IMG/VR virus record: IMGVR_UViG_3300044268_002096
Location: 1 to 39,942 of that record
Source: a virus
Taxonomy: Duplodnaviria > Caudoviricetes
DNA: 39,942 nucleotides
Direction: 5' to 3' (one strand)
The position numbers and the translations under genes are program-made. Under the pieces are notes generated by a model. It made no database searches. It was not told the DNA's origin and saw only the letters and a list, made by a program, of their open reading frames with translations. This document shows positions 1-8,724 of the stretch, piece by piece. How positions within the stretch are numbered: position 1 is the first letter of the stretch; each line of letters begins with the position of its first letter.

Positions 1-237
1 CCAAAAGAAAACGTAGTACACATTGACGATACCGAGCTAAAAGAATCGGAAATGTCTAACGACCAAAAATATTTTTTTAAACAAATACACGATTTAAGAA
101 ATAAAAAAGCACGCTTACAATTTGAATTAGATCAAATACAAGCAAGTTTGTCGGTGTTTGAAAACTCTTTAGTACAAAGCACAAAAGCTCAAGCCGAAGA
201 GGTTTTAACTTCGGAAACAAAGATATTAGAAAATTAA
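1..237 (+). CDS. hypothetical coiled-coil phage protein, 5'-truncated
   Basis: Frame is open from base 1 (PKENVVHIDD...) to the stop at 237. The ORF track start at 52 is probably internal. Confidence 0.6.
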   Translation, partial: PKENVVHIDDTELKESEMSNDQKYFFKQIHDLRNKKARLQFELDQIQASLSVFENSLVQSTKAQAEEVLTSETKILEN

Positions 238-242
238 GGTAA

Positions 243-419
243 ATGCCGAAAACAACAGTGAGTGAAGTAGAAGCTAATTTATCTAGGCATGAAGCGGTTT
301 GTGCTGAACGTTGGTTAGAAATATTACATCGAGTAAAACGATTAGAAACTTTTGTTATAGGAGCTAATGTAACCATACTGCTCGGTATGGGAGGAATTTT
401 AACTAATTTAATATTTTAG
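243..419 (+). CDS. small membrane protein, XhlA/holin-like (58 aa)
   Basis: Read manually, not in the ORF track: MPKTTVSEVEANLSRHEAVCAERWLEILHRVKRLETFVIGANVTILLGMGGILTNLIF. Coiled coil plus C-terminal hydrophobic helix, with AAGGT upstream. It fills the gap between its neighbours. Confidence 0.65.
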   Translation: MPKTTVSEVEANLSRHEAVCAERWLEILHRVKRLETFVIGANVTILLGMGGILTNLIF

Positions 420-427
420 GAGAAGCG

Positions 428-2305
428 ATGCCTTTTCAAAAACTATTATTTAGACCAGGAATTAATAAAGAAGCTACCGCTTATGCTAATGAAGGTGGCT
501 GGTTTGATAGTAATTTAGTTCGTTTTAGAAAAGGTTTACCTGAAAAAATAGGTGGTTGGATAAAAGCTACTGCGGACACCTATAAAGGCACAGGTAGAGG
601 ATTACACGCTTGGGTAGCTTTAGATGGAACTAAATATATAGGGCTAGGTACAACAGTAAAATATTATATATTAGATGGTACAACTTTTGCAGATATTACT
701 CCAATTAGAAAAACCAGTACTGATTCAATAACTTTTGCAGCAACTAATGGTTCTTCTACTTTAACCGTTACTGATTCTAGCCATGGTGCTGTTATAGGAG
801 ATTTTGTAACGCTTTCTGGAGCAGCTACTTTAGGCGGTAATATAACTGCGGCAGTGCTTAATCAAGAATATGAAATACTAACTATACCTACAGCCAATAC
901 CTACACTATTACTGCTAAAGATACAACAGGAGCTATTGTTACAGCTAATAGTAGTGACTCTGGTAATGGCGGTTCTGGAGTAGATGGACTTTATCAAATA
1001 AACGTAGGTTTAGATGTTTACGTACCTGCTACAGGTTGGGGAGCAGGAACTTGGGGAGCAGGAACTTGGGGCAGTGCTTCACCATTAGGTAACGTTAGTC
1101 AATTACGTCTATGGTCACATGATAATTTTGGCGAAGATTTATTAATAAATGTTAGAGGGGGTGGTGTTTATTATTGGGATGAATCTAATGGTACAAACAC
1201 TAGAGCAGTAGCTTTAAGTGATTTAGCAGGAGCTAATTTACCACCTACGTTAGCATTACAAACTATGGTTTCTGATATAGATAGACACGTTATTTGTTTT
1301 GGAGCAGACCCATTAAATGCTTCAGGTACCGCTAGAACAGGGGAAATAGACCCTCTGTTTATAGCTTTTAGTGATCAAGAAAACGTTGCTGAATGGGAGC
1401 CAAAAATAACCAATACCGCAGGTTCATTAAGACTTTCGTCAGGTTCACAAATAGTAGGAGCAACTAGAGCAAGACAAGAAATATTAGTTTGGACAGATAC
1501 GGCTTTATATTCTATGACATTTATTGGACAACCGTTTACTTTTGGTGTAAATTTAGTAAATGAAGGCGTAGGTTTAGTAGGTCCTAATGCTATGATAAAT
1601 TCTCCTAAAGGGGTTTTTTGGATGGATAAAAAAGGTTTTTATACTTACTCAGGAGCAGTACAAAAATTACCTTGTTTAGTAGAAGAACACGTATTTAGTA
1701 ATATAAATCAAACACAAAGTTATCAAATATTTGGTTTTTTAAATAAAGCCTTTAGTGAAGTTGGTTGGTTTTACTGTTCAGCAGATGCTACGGTAATAGA
1801 TAAATACGTAACGTATAATTACGAAGAAAATGTTTGGATGATAGGCGAGCTTTCTAGAACAGCATGGTTAGACGAAGGAGTCTTTGCTCAACCTAAAGCA
1901 ACATCTTCTAATTATTTATATGACCAAGAAAGCGGTAATGATGATGATGGCACAGCAATGACTAACGTGTTTATAGAATCTAGTGATTTCGATTTAGGTG
2001 AGGGAGAGGAGTTTCAATTTATAAGTAGAATAATACCTGATGTAACTTTTAATGGCACAGGAAGCACAGGAGCAACAGGACAAAAAGTAGATTTAGTTTT
2101 AAAAAAGAGAAATTTCCCAGGAGAGAGCTTAACAACGGGAGTAACAGGAGCGTGTACTTCAACGACTACTAAAATAGATACCCGAGTTAGAGGAAGACAA
2201 GCTGCGTTAAGAGTACAATCTGATGATACCGATACTACAGTTTTAGGAGTAGGTTTTAGATTAGGAGCTACTCGTATTGAAATACAACCTGACGGCAAAA
2301 GATAA
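428..2305 (+). CDS. tail structural protein (tail tubular/nozzle or stabilisation-like)
   Basis: 625 aa, beta-rich, with a Thr/Gly-rich insert and GWGAGTWGAGTWG repeat. AGGAG RBS. Resembles podovirus tail proteins. Confidence 0.6.
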   Translation: MPFQKLLFRPGINKEATAYANEGGWFDSNLVRFRKGLPEKIGGWIKATADTYKGTGRGLHAWVALDGTKYIGLGTTVKYYILDGTTFADITPIRKTSTDSITFAATNGSSTLTVTDSSHGAVIGDFVTLSGAATLGGNITAAVLNQEYEILTIPTANTYTITAKDTTGAIVTANSSDSGNGGSGVDGLYQINVGLDVYVPATGWGAGTWGAGTWGSASPLGNVSQLRLWSHDNFGEDLLINVRGGGVYYWDESNGTNTRAVALSDLAGANLPPTLALQTMVSDIDRHVICFGADPLNASGTARTGEIDPLFIAFSDQENVAEWEPKITNTAGSLRLSSGSQIVGATRARQEILVWTDTALYSMTFIGQPFTFGVNLVNEGVGLVGPNAMINSPKGVFWMDKKGFYTYSGAVQKLPCLVEEHVFSNINQTQSYQIFGFLNKAFSEVGWFYCSADATVIDKYVTYNYEENVWMIGELSRTAWLDEGVFAQPKATSSNYLYDQESGNDDDGTAMTNVFIESSDFDLGEGEEFQFISRIIPDVTFNGTGSTGATGQKVDLVLKKRNFPGESLTTGVTGACTSTTTKIDTRVRGRQAALRVQSDDTDTTVLGVGFRLGATRIEIQPDGKR

Positions 2306-2631
2306 TGGCTAAAATATTAGAAACTAAATTACCGTTCGCTCAAAATGAATTATCTCCAGAACTATTTAATAGATTAGTTAGAGTTTTAGAACTTAGTTTA
2401 AATAAAGTAGATATAGGTTCTACTAATAATTTTACGGAAACACAAAGAAATTCTACAAGTTTTAGAACGGGAGATTTAATTTGGAATTTATCAACAAACC
2501 AAATACAACTTTGGACAGGAGAACAATGGGTTGATATTTATACAGGTACAGAAAAAGGTACACAAGGTACAACGGCACTTGGTAAAGTAACAGTTTCTTT
2601 AGCAGGAGCTACAACTATACCTATAGGTTGA
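2305..2631 (+). CDS. hypothetical tail-associated protein
   Basis: TAATG coupling to the tail gene. Contains a GDLIWNLSTNQIQLWTGEQW motif of the kind seen in tail fibre proteins. Confidence 0.5.
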   Translation: MAKILETKLPFAQNELSPELFNRLVRVLELSLNKVDIGSTNNFTETQRNSTSFRTGDLIWNLSTNQIQLWTGEQWVDIYTGTEKGTQGTTALGKVTVSLAGATTIPIG

Positions 2632-2633
2632 TT

Positions 2634-3077
2634 ATGGATATAGAAAAACTTAGAAAAGAATTAAAACTAGATGAGGGATGTATAAACGAAATTTATTTAG
2701 ATCATCTAGGATATCACACTTTTGGTATTGGTCATTTAATAACTGATCAAGATAAAGAATGGGGCAAACCTGTGGGAACAAAAATATCAACAAAAAGAAT
2801 TAACGAGTGTTTTAAAAACGATATAGAAATAGTTTTTAAAGAGTTAGATAGAAGTCTGTCTTGGTGGCGTGAGTTACCAGACGATCTACAATTAGTGTTA
2901 GCTAATATGTGTTTTAATTTAGGTATTACACGATTAAAAAAATTTAAAAATTTTTTAGGTGCTTTATCTAAACAAGACTGGGAACTTGCTGCTACGGAGA
3001 TGATGGATAGTCGTTGGGCTACACAAGTCGGACAAAGAGCAGTAAGATTACAAAAACGTGTACTAAAAGGAGGTTAA
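2634..3077 (+). CDS. lysozyme/endolysin, GH24 T4-lysozyme-like
   Basis: DEG-x5-YLDHLGYHTFGIGH catalytic motif, NMCFNLG, and EMMDSRWATQV..RAVRL. Confidence 0.9.
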   Translation: MDIEKLRKELKLDEGCINEIYLDHLGYHTFGIGHLITDQDKEWGKPVGTKISTKRINECFKNDIEIVFKELDRSLSWWRELPDDLQLVLANMCFNLGITRLKKFKNFLGALSKQDWELAATEMMDSRWATQVGQRAVRLQKRVLKGG

Positions 3078-3079
3078 TT

Positions 3080-3223
3080 ATGCCAATGCACAAAAGTAAA
3101 AGAAGTAAGGGCGGTATGATGAGAAAAATGTCTAAAGGCGGTTCTCTCAGAAAAATGTCTAAGGGTGGTTCAGTAAAAAGAAGGTCTAAAAAACGTAAAA
3201 CTACTAAAAAGAAAAAGAAATAA
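3080..3223 (+). CDS. small Lys/Arg-rich protein with RKMSKGG repeats (47 aa)
   Basis: AGGAGG RBS ahead of ATG 3080 (same frame as track ORF 3014). MPMHKSKRSKGGMMRKMSKGGSLRKMSKGGSVKRRSKKRKTTKKKKK. Confidence 0.7.
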   Translation: MPMHKSKRSKGGMMRKMSKGGSLRKMSKGGSVKRRSKKRKTTKKKKK

Positions 3224-3226
3224 GCT

Positions 3227-3901
3227 ATGTCTTATTTAATTAGTAATATCCCACATTTTAAATGTTGGGTCAGACGAGAATTTACTAAGAATCATGAAGA
3301 ATACCAAGATGAGTATATTCATGCACTAGCGATAGCGGTTACTACTATTCCCGACAGATCGTTAAGTTTTCAAGTAGTTTTTACTGGCGAAGAAGCTAAT
3401 TGTGAAGATAATGACGAAGGTAATATTCACGGTGGTGCTATGTGGGCTAGAATGCCAATACAAGCATTAGTTGCTGACATCCCTAGTGAAGACTTTCCAG
3501 AACCTATGGAAGATCATATTGCTCAACCTTGGGATTGTGAATCAAGAGAACACTCAGTAGTTATTATGGATAGAGTTAGTTCTAGTCCTTGGCTTTGTAA
3601 AATAGACGGTGAATTTTATACAGGACGTTATATGTTTACCGTAGATTATACCGATAGCGATATTGCTGATGATCCTGCTCAACATAAACAATCCCATGTT
3701 TTATATATAACTGAAGATTGTAAATGGAAAGGTAATTTTGTTGCTTTACCTAATAACAGAGTAAGAGCTACTAGCCCTGCTTTATGGGTAACTGGTGATG
3801 GAGCACCTGATTTTAAACCCTCTCAGTGGGTTCATTCAGCAGAAGGTCATGAAAGTTATCTAGACCCTGCTATTACATTTAATAATTTATACGAAGATTA
3901 A
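3227..3901 (+). CDS. conserved hypothetical phage protein (acidic, His/Cys-containing)
   Basis: 224 aa, with GAMWARMPI, QPWDC, HKQSH and ALPNNRVR motifs familiar from marine phages. Function unknown. Confidence 0.7.
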   Translation: MSYLISNIPHFKCWVRREFTKNHEEYQDEYIHALAIAVTTIPDRSLSFQVVFTGEEANCEDNDEGNIHGGAMWARMPIQALVADIPSEDFPEPMEDHIAQPWDCESREHSVVIMDRVSSSPWLCKIDGEFYTGRYMFTVDYTDSDIADDPAQHKQSHVLYITEDCKWKGNFVALPNNRVRATSPALWVTGDGAPDFKPSQWVHSAEGHESYLDPAITFNNLYED

Positions 3902-3902
3902 A

Positions 3903-4073
3903 ATGCCACATTACACTAAAGATTTAAATGAGATTGTAAAAGCGTTAAAAAAAGCTAGTAAGTTACACGCAGAACAAGCTAAAAAACTAGAAAAGATTAA
4001 TAAAGATCAAAAAACTAGATATAGTTCAGCAAAAAAAGTAACTAAAAGAAAACCAATTAAAAAGAAGAAATAA
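3903..4073 (+). CDS. small Lys-rich protein (56 aa)
   Basis: Read manually: MPHYTKDLNEIVKALKKASKLHAEQAKKLEKINKDQKTRYSSAKKVTKRKPIKKKK. Confidence 0.7.
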   Translation: MPHYTKDLNEIVKALKKASKLHAEQAKKLEKINKDQKTRYSSAKKVTKRKPIKKKK

Positions 4074-4076
4074 ATT

Positions 4077-4256
4077 ATGGCGGCTAAAAAGAAAAAGAAA
4101 ACTACTAAAAAGAAAAAAGGAGCTACGCCAACTAATCCTGCATTATACGCGAGAGTAAAAGCCGAAGCTAAACGTAAATTTAAAGTTTACCCAAGTGCTT
4201 ATGCTAACGGTTGGTTAGTAAGAACGTATAAAAAACGTGGTGGTGGTTATAGGTAA
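4077..4256 (+). CDS. small basic protein (59 aa; DUF5872-like)
   Basis: Read manually: MAAKKKKKTTKKKKGATPTNPALYARVKAEAKRKFKVYPSAYANGWLVRTYKKRGGGYR. TAATG overlap with the next gene. Confidence 0.75.
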   Translation: MAAKKKKKTTKKKKGATPTNPALYARVKAEAKRKFKVYPSAYANGWLVRTYKKRGGGYR

Positions 4257-4552
4257 TGCCTAAGAAAAAACGCGACCCGAAAAAAGGCACAGGTAAAAAA
4301 CCAAAAGGTTCTGGTAGAAGGTTATACACTGATGAAAATCCAAAAGACACGGTTAGAATTAAGTTTGCAACACCTGCTGATGCTAGAGCAACAGTGGCTA
4401 AAGTTAAAAAAGTTAAAAAACCTTTTGCTAGAAAAATACAAATACTTACTGTTGGTGAGCAACGAGCTAAAGTTATGGGTAAAACACAAGTAGCTAGTAT
4501 TTTTAAACGCGGTAAAGAAGCGATTAGAAAAGCGAGGAAAAAAAGTGGCTAA
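4256..4552 (+). CDS. basic hypothetical protein
   Basis: 98 aa with a GTGKKPKGSGRRLYTDENPKDTV motif. Coupled to both neighbours. Confidence 0.75.
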   Translation: MPKKKRDPKKGTGKKPKGSGRRLYTDENPKDTVRIKFATPADARATVAKVKKVKKPFARKIQILTVGEQRAKVMGKTQVASIFKRGKEAIRKARKKSG

Positions 4553-4853
4553 ACCTAAAGGCGGTTTATCCGAATGGTTTGGTAAAGGACCTAAAGGTGA
4601 TTGGGTAGATATTGGTGCTCCTAAGAAAAAAGGTAAGTTTCAAAAATGTGGACGTAAATCCGCTAAAGGTAAATCTAAAAGAAAATATCCTAAATGCGTA
4701 CCTAGAGCTAAAGCTAAACGTATGACTGCAGCACAAAGACGTAGTGCGGTTAAAAGAAAAAGAGCAGCAGGTAATCCAGGAGGCAAACCTACTAACGTAA
4801 GAACGTTTGCTAAAAAGAAAACTACTACAAAAAGGAGAAAAAGACGTGCCTAG
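4545..4853 (+). CDS. basic hypothetical protein
   Basis: GTG start after GAGG. GGLxxWF...WVD and CGR...YPKCVP motifs. Confidence 0.75.
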   Translation: MAKPKGGLSEWFGKGPKGDWVDIGAPKKKGKFQKCGRKSAKGKSKRKYPKCVPRAKAKRMTAAQRRSAVKRKRAAGNPGGKPTNVRTFAKKKTTTKRRKRRA

Positions 4854-5130
4854 AAAAAAGGCAAAAATGCCTAAACGTAATAAAAAGAATTTTAGAGCGA
4901 CTAAAAAAGGTGCGGGCATGACGGCAGCAGGAGTAAAAGCGTATAGACGTATGAATCCTGGAAGTAAATTAAAAACTGCGGTTACAGGTAAAGTTAAAAA
5001 AGGCAGTAAAGCCGCTAAACGTCGTAAATCATTTTGTGCTAGGTCAGCAGGACAAATGAAAAAGTTTCCGAAAGCCGCAAAAAATCCTAATTCTAGGTTG
5101 AGACAAGCAAGAAAAAGATGGAAGTGTTAA
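4846..5130 (+). CDS. basic hypothetical protein (DUF6321-like)
   Basis: GTG 4846 follows AGGAG (same frame as track ORF 4807). NPGSKLK...RRKSFCARS...ARKRWKC motif. Confidence 0.7.
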   Translation: MPRKKAKMPKRNKKNFRATKKGAGMTAAGVKAYRRMNPGSKLKTAVTGKVKKGSKAAKRRKSFCARSAGQMKKFPKAAKNPNSRLRQARKRWKC

Positions 5131-5310
5131 ATGCCAAAACATAGTAAAAAAGGTAAAAGTAAACGTCCAGGATTGTGGGCGAATATACATGCTAAACGTA
5201 AACGTATAAAAGCAGGCAGTAAAGAACGTATGCGTAAGCCAGGATCAAAAGGGGCACCGACTAAAAAGAATTTTAAACAAGCTAGGTCAACTACTAAAAA
5301 ACGAGGTTAA
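5131..5310 (+). CDS. small basic protein (59 aa)
   Basis: Read manually: MPKHSKKGKSKRPGLWANIHAKRKRIKAGSKERMRKPGSKGAPTKKNFKQARSTTKKRG. Confidence 0.75.
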   Translation: MPKHSKKGKSKRPGLWANIHAKRKRIKAGSKERMRKPGSKGAPTKKNFKQARSTTKKRG

Positions 5311-5311
5311 A

Positions 5312-5737
5312 ATGTATGAATATAGTTGTACAGTAGAACGTGTTGTTGATGGAGATACTATAGACGTAATTTTAGATTTAGGTTTTGATGTTTCTTTTAA
5401 AAGTAGAGTTAGGTTATACGCTATAGACACTCCAGAATCTAGAACTAGAAATAAAGACGAAAAAGCTAGAGGTAAATTAGCTGCAGCATTTTTACAAAAC
5501 GCTATAAATACTGCAGAGCAAGTAGTTATTAGAACAGAATTAAAAGATTCCCGTGGTAAATACGGTAGAGTATTAGGCACCGTAGTTTGTGATGGAATAG
5601 ATATAAATAAAACTATGGTAGAACAATATTATGCCGTAGCATATTATGGACAAAACAAAGAAGAAGTAGAGGAAACTCATTTACTTAACAGAGCTAAACT
5701 TATTGAGTTAGGTGTGTTTACTCCAGTAGAGGTTTAA
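5312..5737 (+). CDS. thermonuclease (staphylococcal nuclease-like)
   Basis: VVDGDTID, RVRLYAIDTPES and GKYGRVLG motifs. Confidence 0.9.
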   Translation: MYEYSCTVERVVDGDTIDVILDLGFDVSFKSRVRLYAIDTPESRTRNKDEKARGKLAAAFLQNAINTAEQVVIRTELKDSRGKYGRVLGTVVCDGIDINKTMVEQYYAVAYYGQNKEEVEETHLLNRAKLIELGVFTPVEV

Positions 5738-5738
5738 T

Positions 5739-6086
5739 ATGGAAGAAAAAGTTATAGAAGATAATATTATTGTTACTAAAGAAGAACCAATAAAAAAGAA
5801 ATTAGAATTAGATATAGACGTTACGCCTAATAACACAGGAACAAATCCTTTTCAAAAATGGGTACATTTAGCTAAAACTATAGATGCTTGGCGTATCTTT
5901 CCTAGAATTTTTGTAAGTGTTTATATCGTACTCCTTTACAAAGTTGTTATTTGGTTTATGGAACTACCCGAACCAAACTTAGAACAATCAGCGTTAGTAT
6001 CAATAGTAGTAGGGGCGATGGCGGCAGTCTTTGGTATTTACGCTGGCACTTCAGGGCAAAGTAAAAACTTTAAAGGCGGTGATTAA
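5739..6086 (+). CDS. two-TM membrane protein, holin-like
   Basis: Two hydrophobic helices after WRIFPRI. Located in the lysis neighbourhood. Confidence 0.5.
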   Translation: MEEKVIEDNIIVTKEEPIKKKLELDIDVTPNNTGTNPFQKWVHLAKTIDAWRIFPRIFVSVYIVLLYKVVIWFMELPEPNLEQSALVSIVVGAMAAVFGIYAGTSGQSKNFKGGD

Positions 6087-6274
6087 TGTCTTTAAAAATA
6101 TTTCTTACAGAATTTAGATTTAAAGGAACTATTCACGAAGGTCCTAATATAGTTGCCGAATCTTTTGAAGACGCAGAAGAACAAGCAGAAAGCTATGGCG
6201 TAATAGTAGTAGGTATGTTAGACGGGATAATATCAGTTGAGGATTTAGAAGAATGCAAACCTATTTTACATTAA
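6086..6274 (+). CDS. hypothetical protein
   Basis: 62 aa, acidic, TAATG coupled to the previous gene. Confidence 0.6.
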   Translation: MSLKIFLTEFRFKGTIHEGPNIVAESFEDAEEQAESYGVIVVGMLDGIISVEDLEECKPILH

Positions 6275-6534
6275 TAGCTGAAGTTGGTTTTCCTATAGCT
6301 ATGTCACTATTAGGTGGATTTTTTATTTTTCTCACCGTTAAATATATTTTAGAAAGTGTTGTTGCTCAAGTAGACGGTATTCATAATATCGTTACAGCGT
6401 TAGATAATCGAGTAAAAACTATGAATCACGATATGATTCGGGTTGATGCAACTATGTGTTCGGTTTTAGGTATAAGACCTGATTTAGAACGTATTGCTAG
6501 AGCAGACGGTAAAAACGACGCTCGTAGAGATTAA
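6253..6534 (+). CDS. single-TM plus coiled-coil protein, paralog A
   Basis: IAEVGFPI-TM-...ALDNRVKTMNHDMIR. Clearly similar to the next gene. Confidence 0.7.
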   Translation: MQTYFTLIAEVGFPIAMSLLGGFFIFLTVKYILESVVAQVDGIHNIVTALDNRVKTMNHDMIRVDATMCSVLGIRPDLERIARADGKNDARRD

Positions 6535-6797
6535 TGGATAATATTGCAGTAATTATTAGTGAGTACGGTTTTCCAATAGTAGCTACCGTTGGGTTACTAT
6601 ATATTCTTTATTATATCTGGAACTTTATTACTAAAAATATAAAAGCTAAATTAGCAGACGCAAACGTTACCTTAATTGCTTTAATTGATCGAGTGCGTAT
6701 GTTAGATAACGATTTAATAAGATTACAACAGAAACTAGATACCGTGATTGAATTACGGGAGTTAAAAGATGAAGAGCCGAAAGAAGACGAAGAATGA
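6534..6797 (+). CDS. single-TM plus coiled-coil protein, paralog B
   Basis: ISEYGFPI-TM-...ALIDRVRMLDNDLIR. TAATG coupling. Confidence 0.7.
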   Translation: MDNIAVIISEYGFPIVATVGLLYILYYIWNFITKNIKAKLADANVTLIALIDRVRMLDNDLIRLQQKLDTVIELRELKDEEPKEDEE

Positions 6798-7266
6798 AAT
6801 AGCGTTCGAAAATATTTTTGCTTTAACAGGCATGTTTTTTATTATTTTTACAATAATTTATTCTTCTTTTAGCCAAGCCGATGAAATGAAATTTACTTTT
6901 AAAAGTCCTAGTTTTTCAGGAATAGCAACTTCAGCACATTATTTAACGATAGAAAACCAAGAAAATACTAGAAAACAAAGTATTACTGATGCGTTAAAAG
7001 CTGCTGCTGATGAAGCAGAACGAGATTTAAATAATAGCACTTTAGCTCGTTTTATTAGAAATTTAGAATCTAGAGTATATGCTAAATTATCACAACAATT
7101 AGTAGATAATTTATTTGGCGAAACGTCTTCTACCGCAGGTACTATTGAACTAGAAGGAAACAAGATAGACTATGTCTCTGATGATACTACGATTACACTT
7201 ACTATCACTGATGCCGACGGCGGCGAAACAATTATTACTTTTCCTCTTGATAGTTTTACTTTCTAG
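6769..7266 (+). CDS. csgF: curli secretion accessory protein CsgF
   Basis: Signal peptide (SQA-DE), then FTFKSPSFSG...YLTIENQE, like the CsgF N-terminus. FIRNLESRVYAKLSQQLVDNLFG follows. Directly upstream of CsgG. Confidence 0.8.
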   Translation: MKSRKKTKNEIAFENIFALTGMFFIIFTIIYSSFSQADEMKFTFKSPSFSGIATSAHYLTIENQENTRKQSITDALKAAADEAERDLNNSTLARFIRNLESRVYAKLSQQLVDNLFGETSSTAGTIELEGNKIDYVSDDTTITLTITDADGGETIITFPLDSFTF

Positions 7267-8017
7267 TTGTACTTTATTACAAACAGAACAAGCTATTGAA
7301 AACTTACAACCTTCAAGATTTGCTGAAGTTTCTGAAGTTATTAATGAAAACTTAGCTAATTTAGGTTTACCTAATATAAAACCTGTAGTGGCGGTATACC
7401 CTACCGCGTTCACTGATCAAACAGGACAACGTAGAAGTAATAGTACTTATGCTTCTTTTAGCACGGCAGTAACTCAAGCTCCTTATGCTTTATTAATAAA
7501 AGCGTTAAAAGATACTAGCAACGGTAATTTTTTCGAAGTAGTAGAACGTGTGGGTTTAGATAATTTAACAAAAGAACGACAATTAATCCGTAGTACTAGA
7601 AAAGATTTTAAAGAAGAACAAAAACTAAAACCTTTGTTATTTGCAGGTATTTTAATGGAAGGGGCAGTGGTTGGTTACGAAACTAATACACGTTCTGGCG
7701 GTTCTGGTGGTAGAGTATTAGGGATTGGGTTAAGTAAAGAATACCGACAAGATACCGTAACAATAAGTTTACGCACGGTCTCTGTACTCACGGGGCGAAT
7801 ACTTACCGAAGTTACGGTGACCAAAACTATTTTAAGTGTAGGTATTAACGAAGATATTTTTCGTTTTGTAAAAGATAATACTAGGTTAATCGAAATAGAA
7901 AACGGTAACGTAGAAAACGAAGGCGTAACCATAGCACTACAAGCAGCTATAGAAACAGCGGTTTACAAAACTATCATGGAAGGAATACAATATGATTATT
8001 GGAGTTTAAAACAATGA
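7211..8017 (+). CDS. csgG: curli secretion channel lipoprotein CsgG
   Basis: Lipobox LLSSC. FTDQTGQRR...FSTAVTQ, FEVVERVGLDNLTKERQLIR, EGAVVGYETN..SGG and YRQDTVTISLRTVSV motifs. Start at 7211 is inferred (track gives 7172). Confidence 0.92.
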   Translation: MPTAAKQLLLFLLIVLLSSCTLLQTEQAIENLQPSRFAEVSEVINENLANLGLPNIKPVVAVYPTAFTDQTGQRRSNSTYASFSTAVTQAPYALLIKALKDTSNGNFFEVVERVGLDNLTKERQLIRSTRKDFKEEQKLKPLLFAGILMEGAVVGYETNTRSGGSGGRVLGIGLSKEYRQDTVTISLRTVSVLTGRILTEVTVTKTILSVGINEDIFRFVKDNTRLIEIENGNVENEGVTIALQAAIETAVYKTIMEGIQYDYWSLKQ

Positions 8018-8724
8018 AAAAACAATTAATTTTATTAATAGTTTTATCTAATGTGCTTTGGTCAGCAGATAACGAAATATCTATTGACCAATCAGGTGCA
8101 ACGCTTAATGCCGATATAGAACAATTAGGTTCGGGTAACTTAATCGGTGGAGCTTCAGCAGTAGCAGGGACGATGACACCATTAGATTTAGACGGAACTA
8201 GCATGACTTTAGATATTAATCAAATAGGTTCTAGTAACTTATTTAAAGGAGATATCAACGCCGATAACTATATTGGGTTCTTTGAATTTTCTGGTTCTAG
8301 TAATATTTTTGATATTCAAACAGACCCTACTAATACTTATTCTACTGACGGTTCTAACGTAAATATTTCAGTAACGGGAACGGCTAACGATATGTCTTTA
8401 GACCAAGGCACCGCAGCAATAGCAACTACCTTAGATTTAGATTGGATTATAAACGGCTCAAACAATACTATTGATTCCGATATCGATGTAGACTTAGCTA
8501 CTAATTATATGAACGTTGATGGTTCTGATAATACTATCAATTATAACGGCGATGGTTATCAAGGCGGTCATTTTCACCTGAACCATACAGGAGGCTCTAG
8601 AGCTATAAATGTTACACAAGCTTCAACACTCGATAACGATTGGCTACGTGTCATTTCTAATGGTTCTAATGGTACTTTCTGTATCATCCAAAACGATCAA
8701 GGCACAGCAACTAGCTGCCCTTGA
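8014..8724 (+). CDS. secreted curlin-like (CsgA/CsgB-type) beta-solenoid protein
   Basis: Signal peptide, then about 8 repeats of hydrophobic-x-(Q)-x-G-x-x-N (IEQLGSGN, INQIGSSN, FSGSSN, VTGTAN, INGSNN, VDGSDN). Asn/Ser/Gly/Asp-rich, follows csgG, GGAG RBS. Confidence 0.7.
   Translation: MKKQLILLIVLSNVLWSADNEISIDQSGATLNADIEQLGSGNLIGGASAVAGTMTPLDLDGTSMTLDINQIGSSNLFKGDINADNYIGFFEFSGSSNIFDIQTDPTNTYSTDGSNVNISVTGTANDMSLDQGTAAIATTLDLDWIINGSNNTIDSDIDVDLATNYMNVDGSDNTINYNGDGYQGGHFHLNHTGGSRAINVTQASTLDNDWLRVISNGSNGTFCIIQNDQGTATSCP

Noticed and set aside
1037-1071. Tandem repeat TGGGGAGCAGGAACT
   Set aside because: It is explained by the coding WGAGT repeat of the tail protein.
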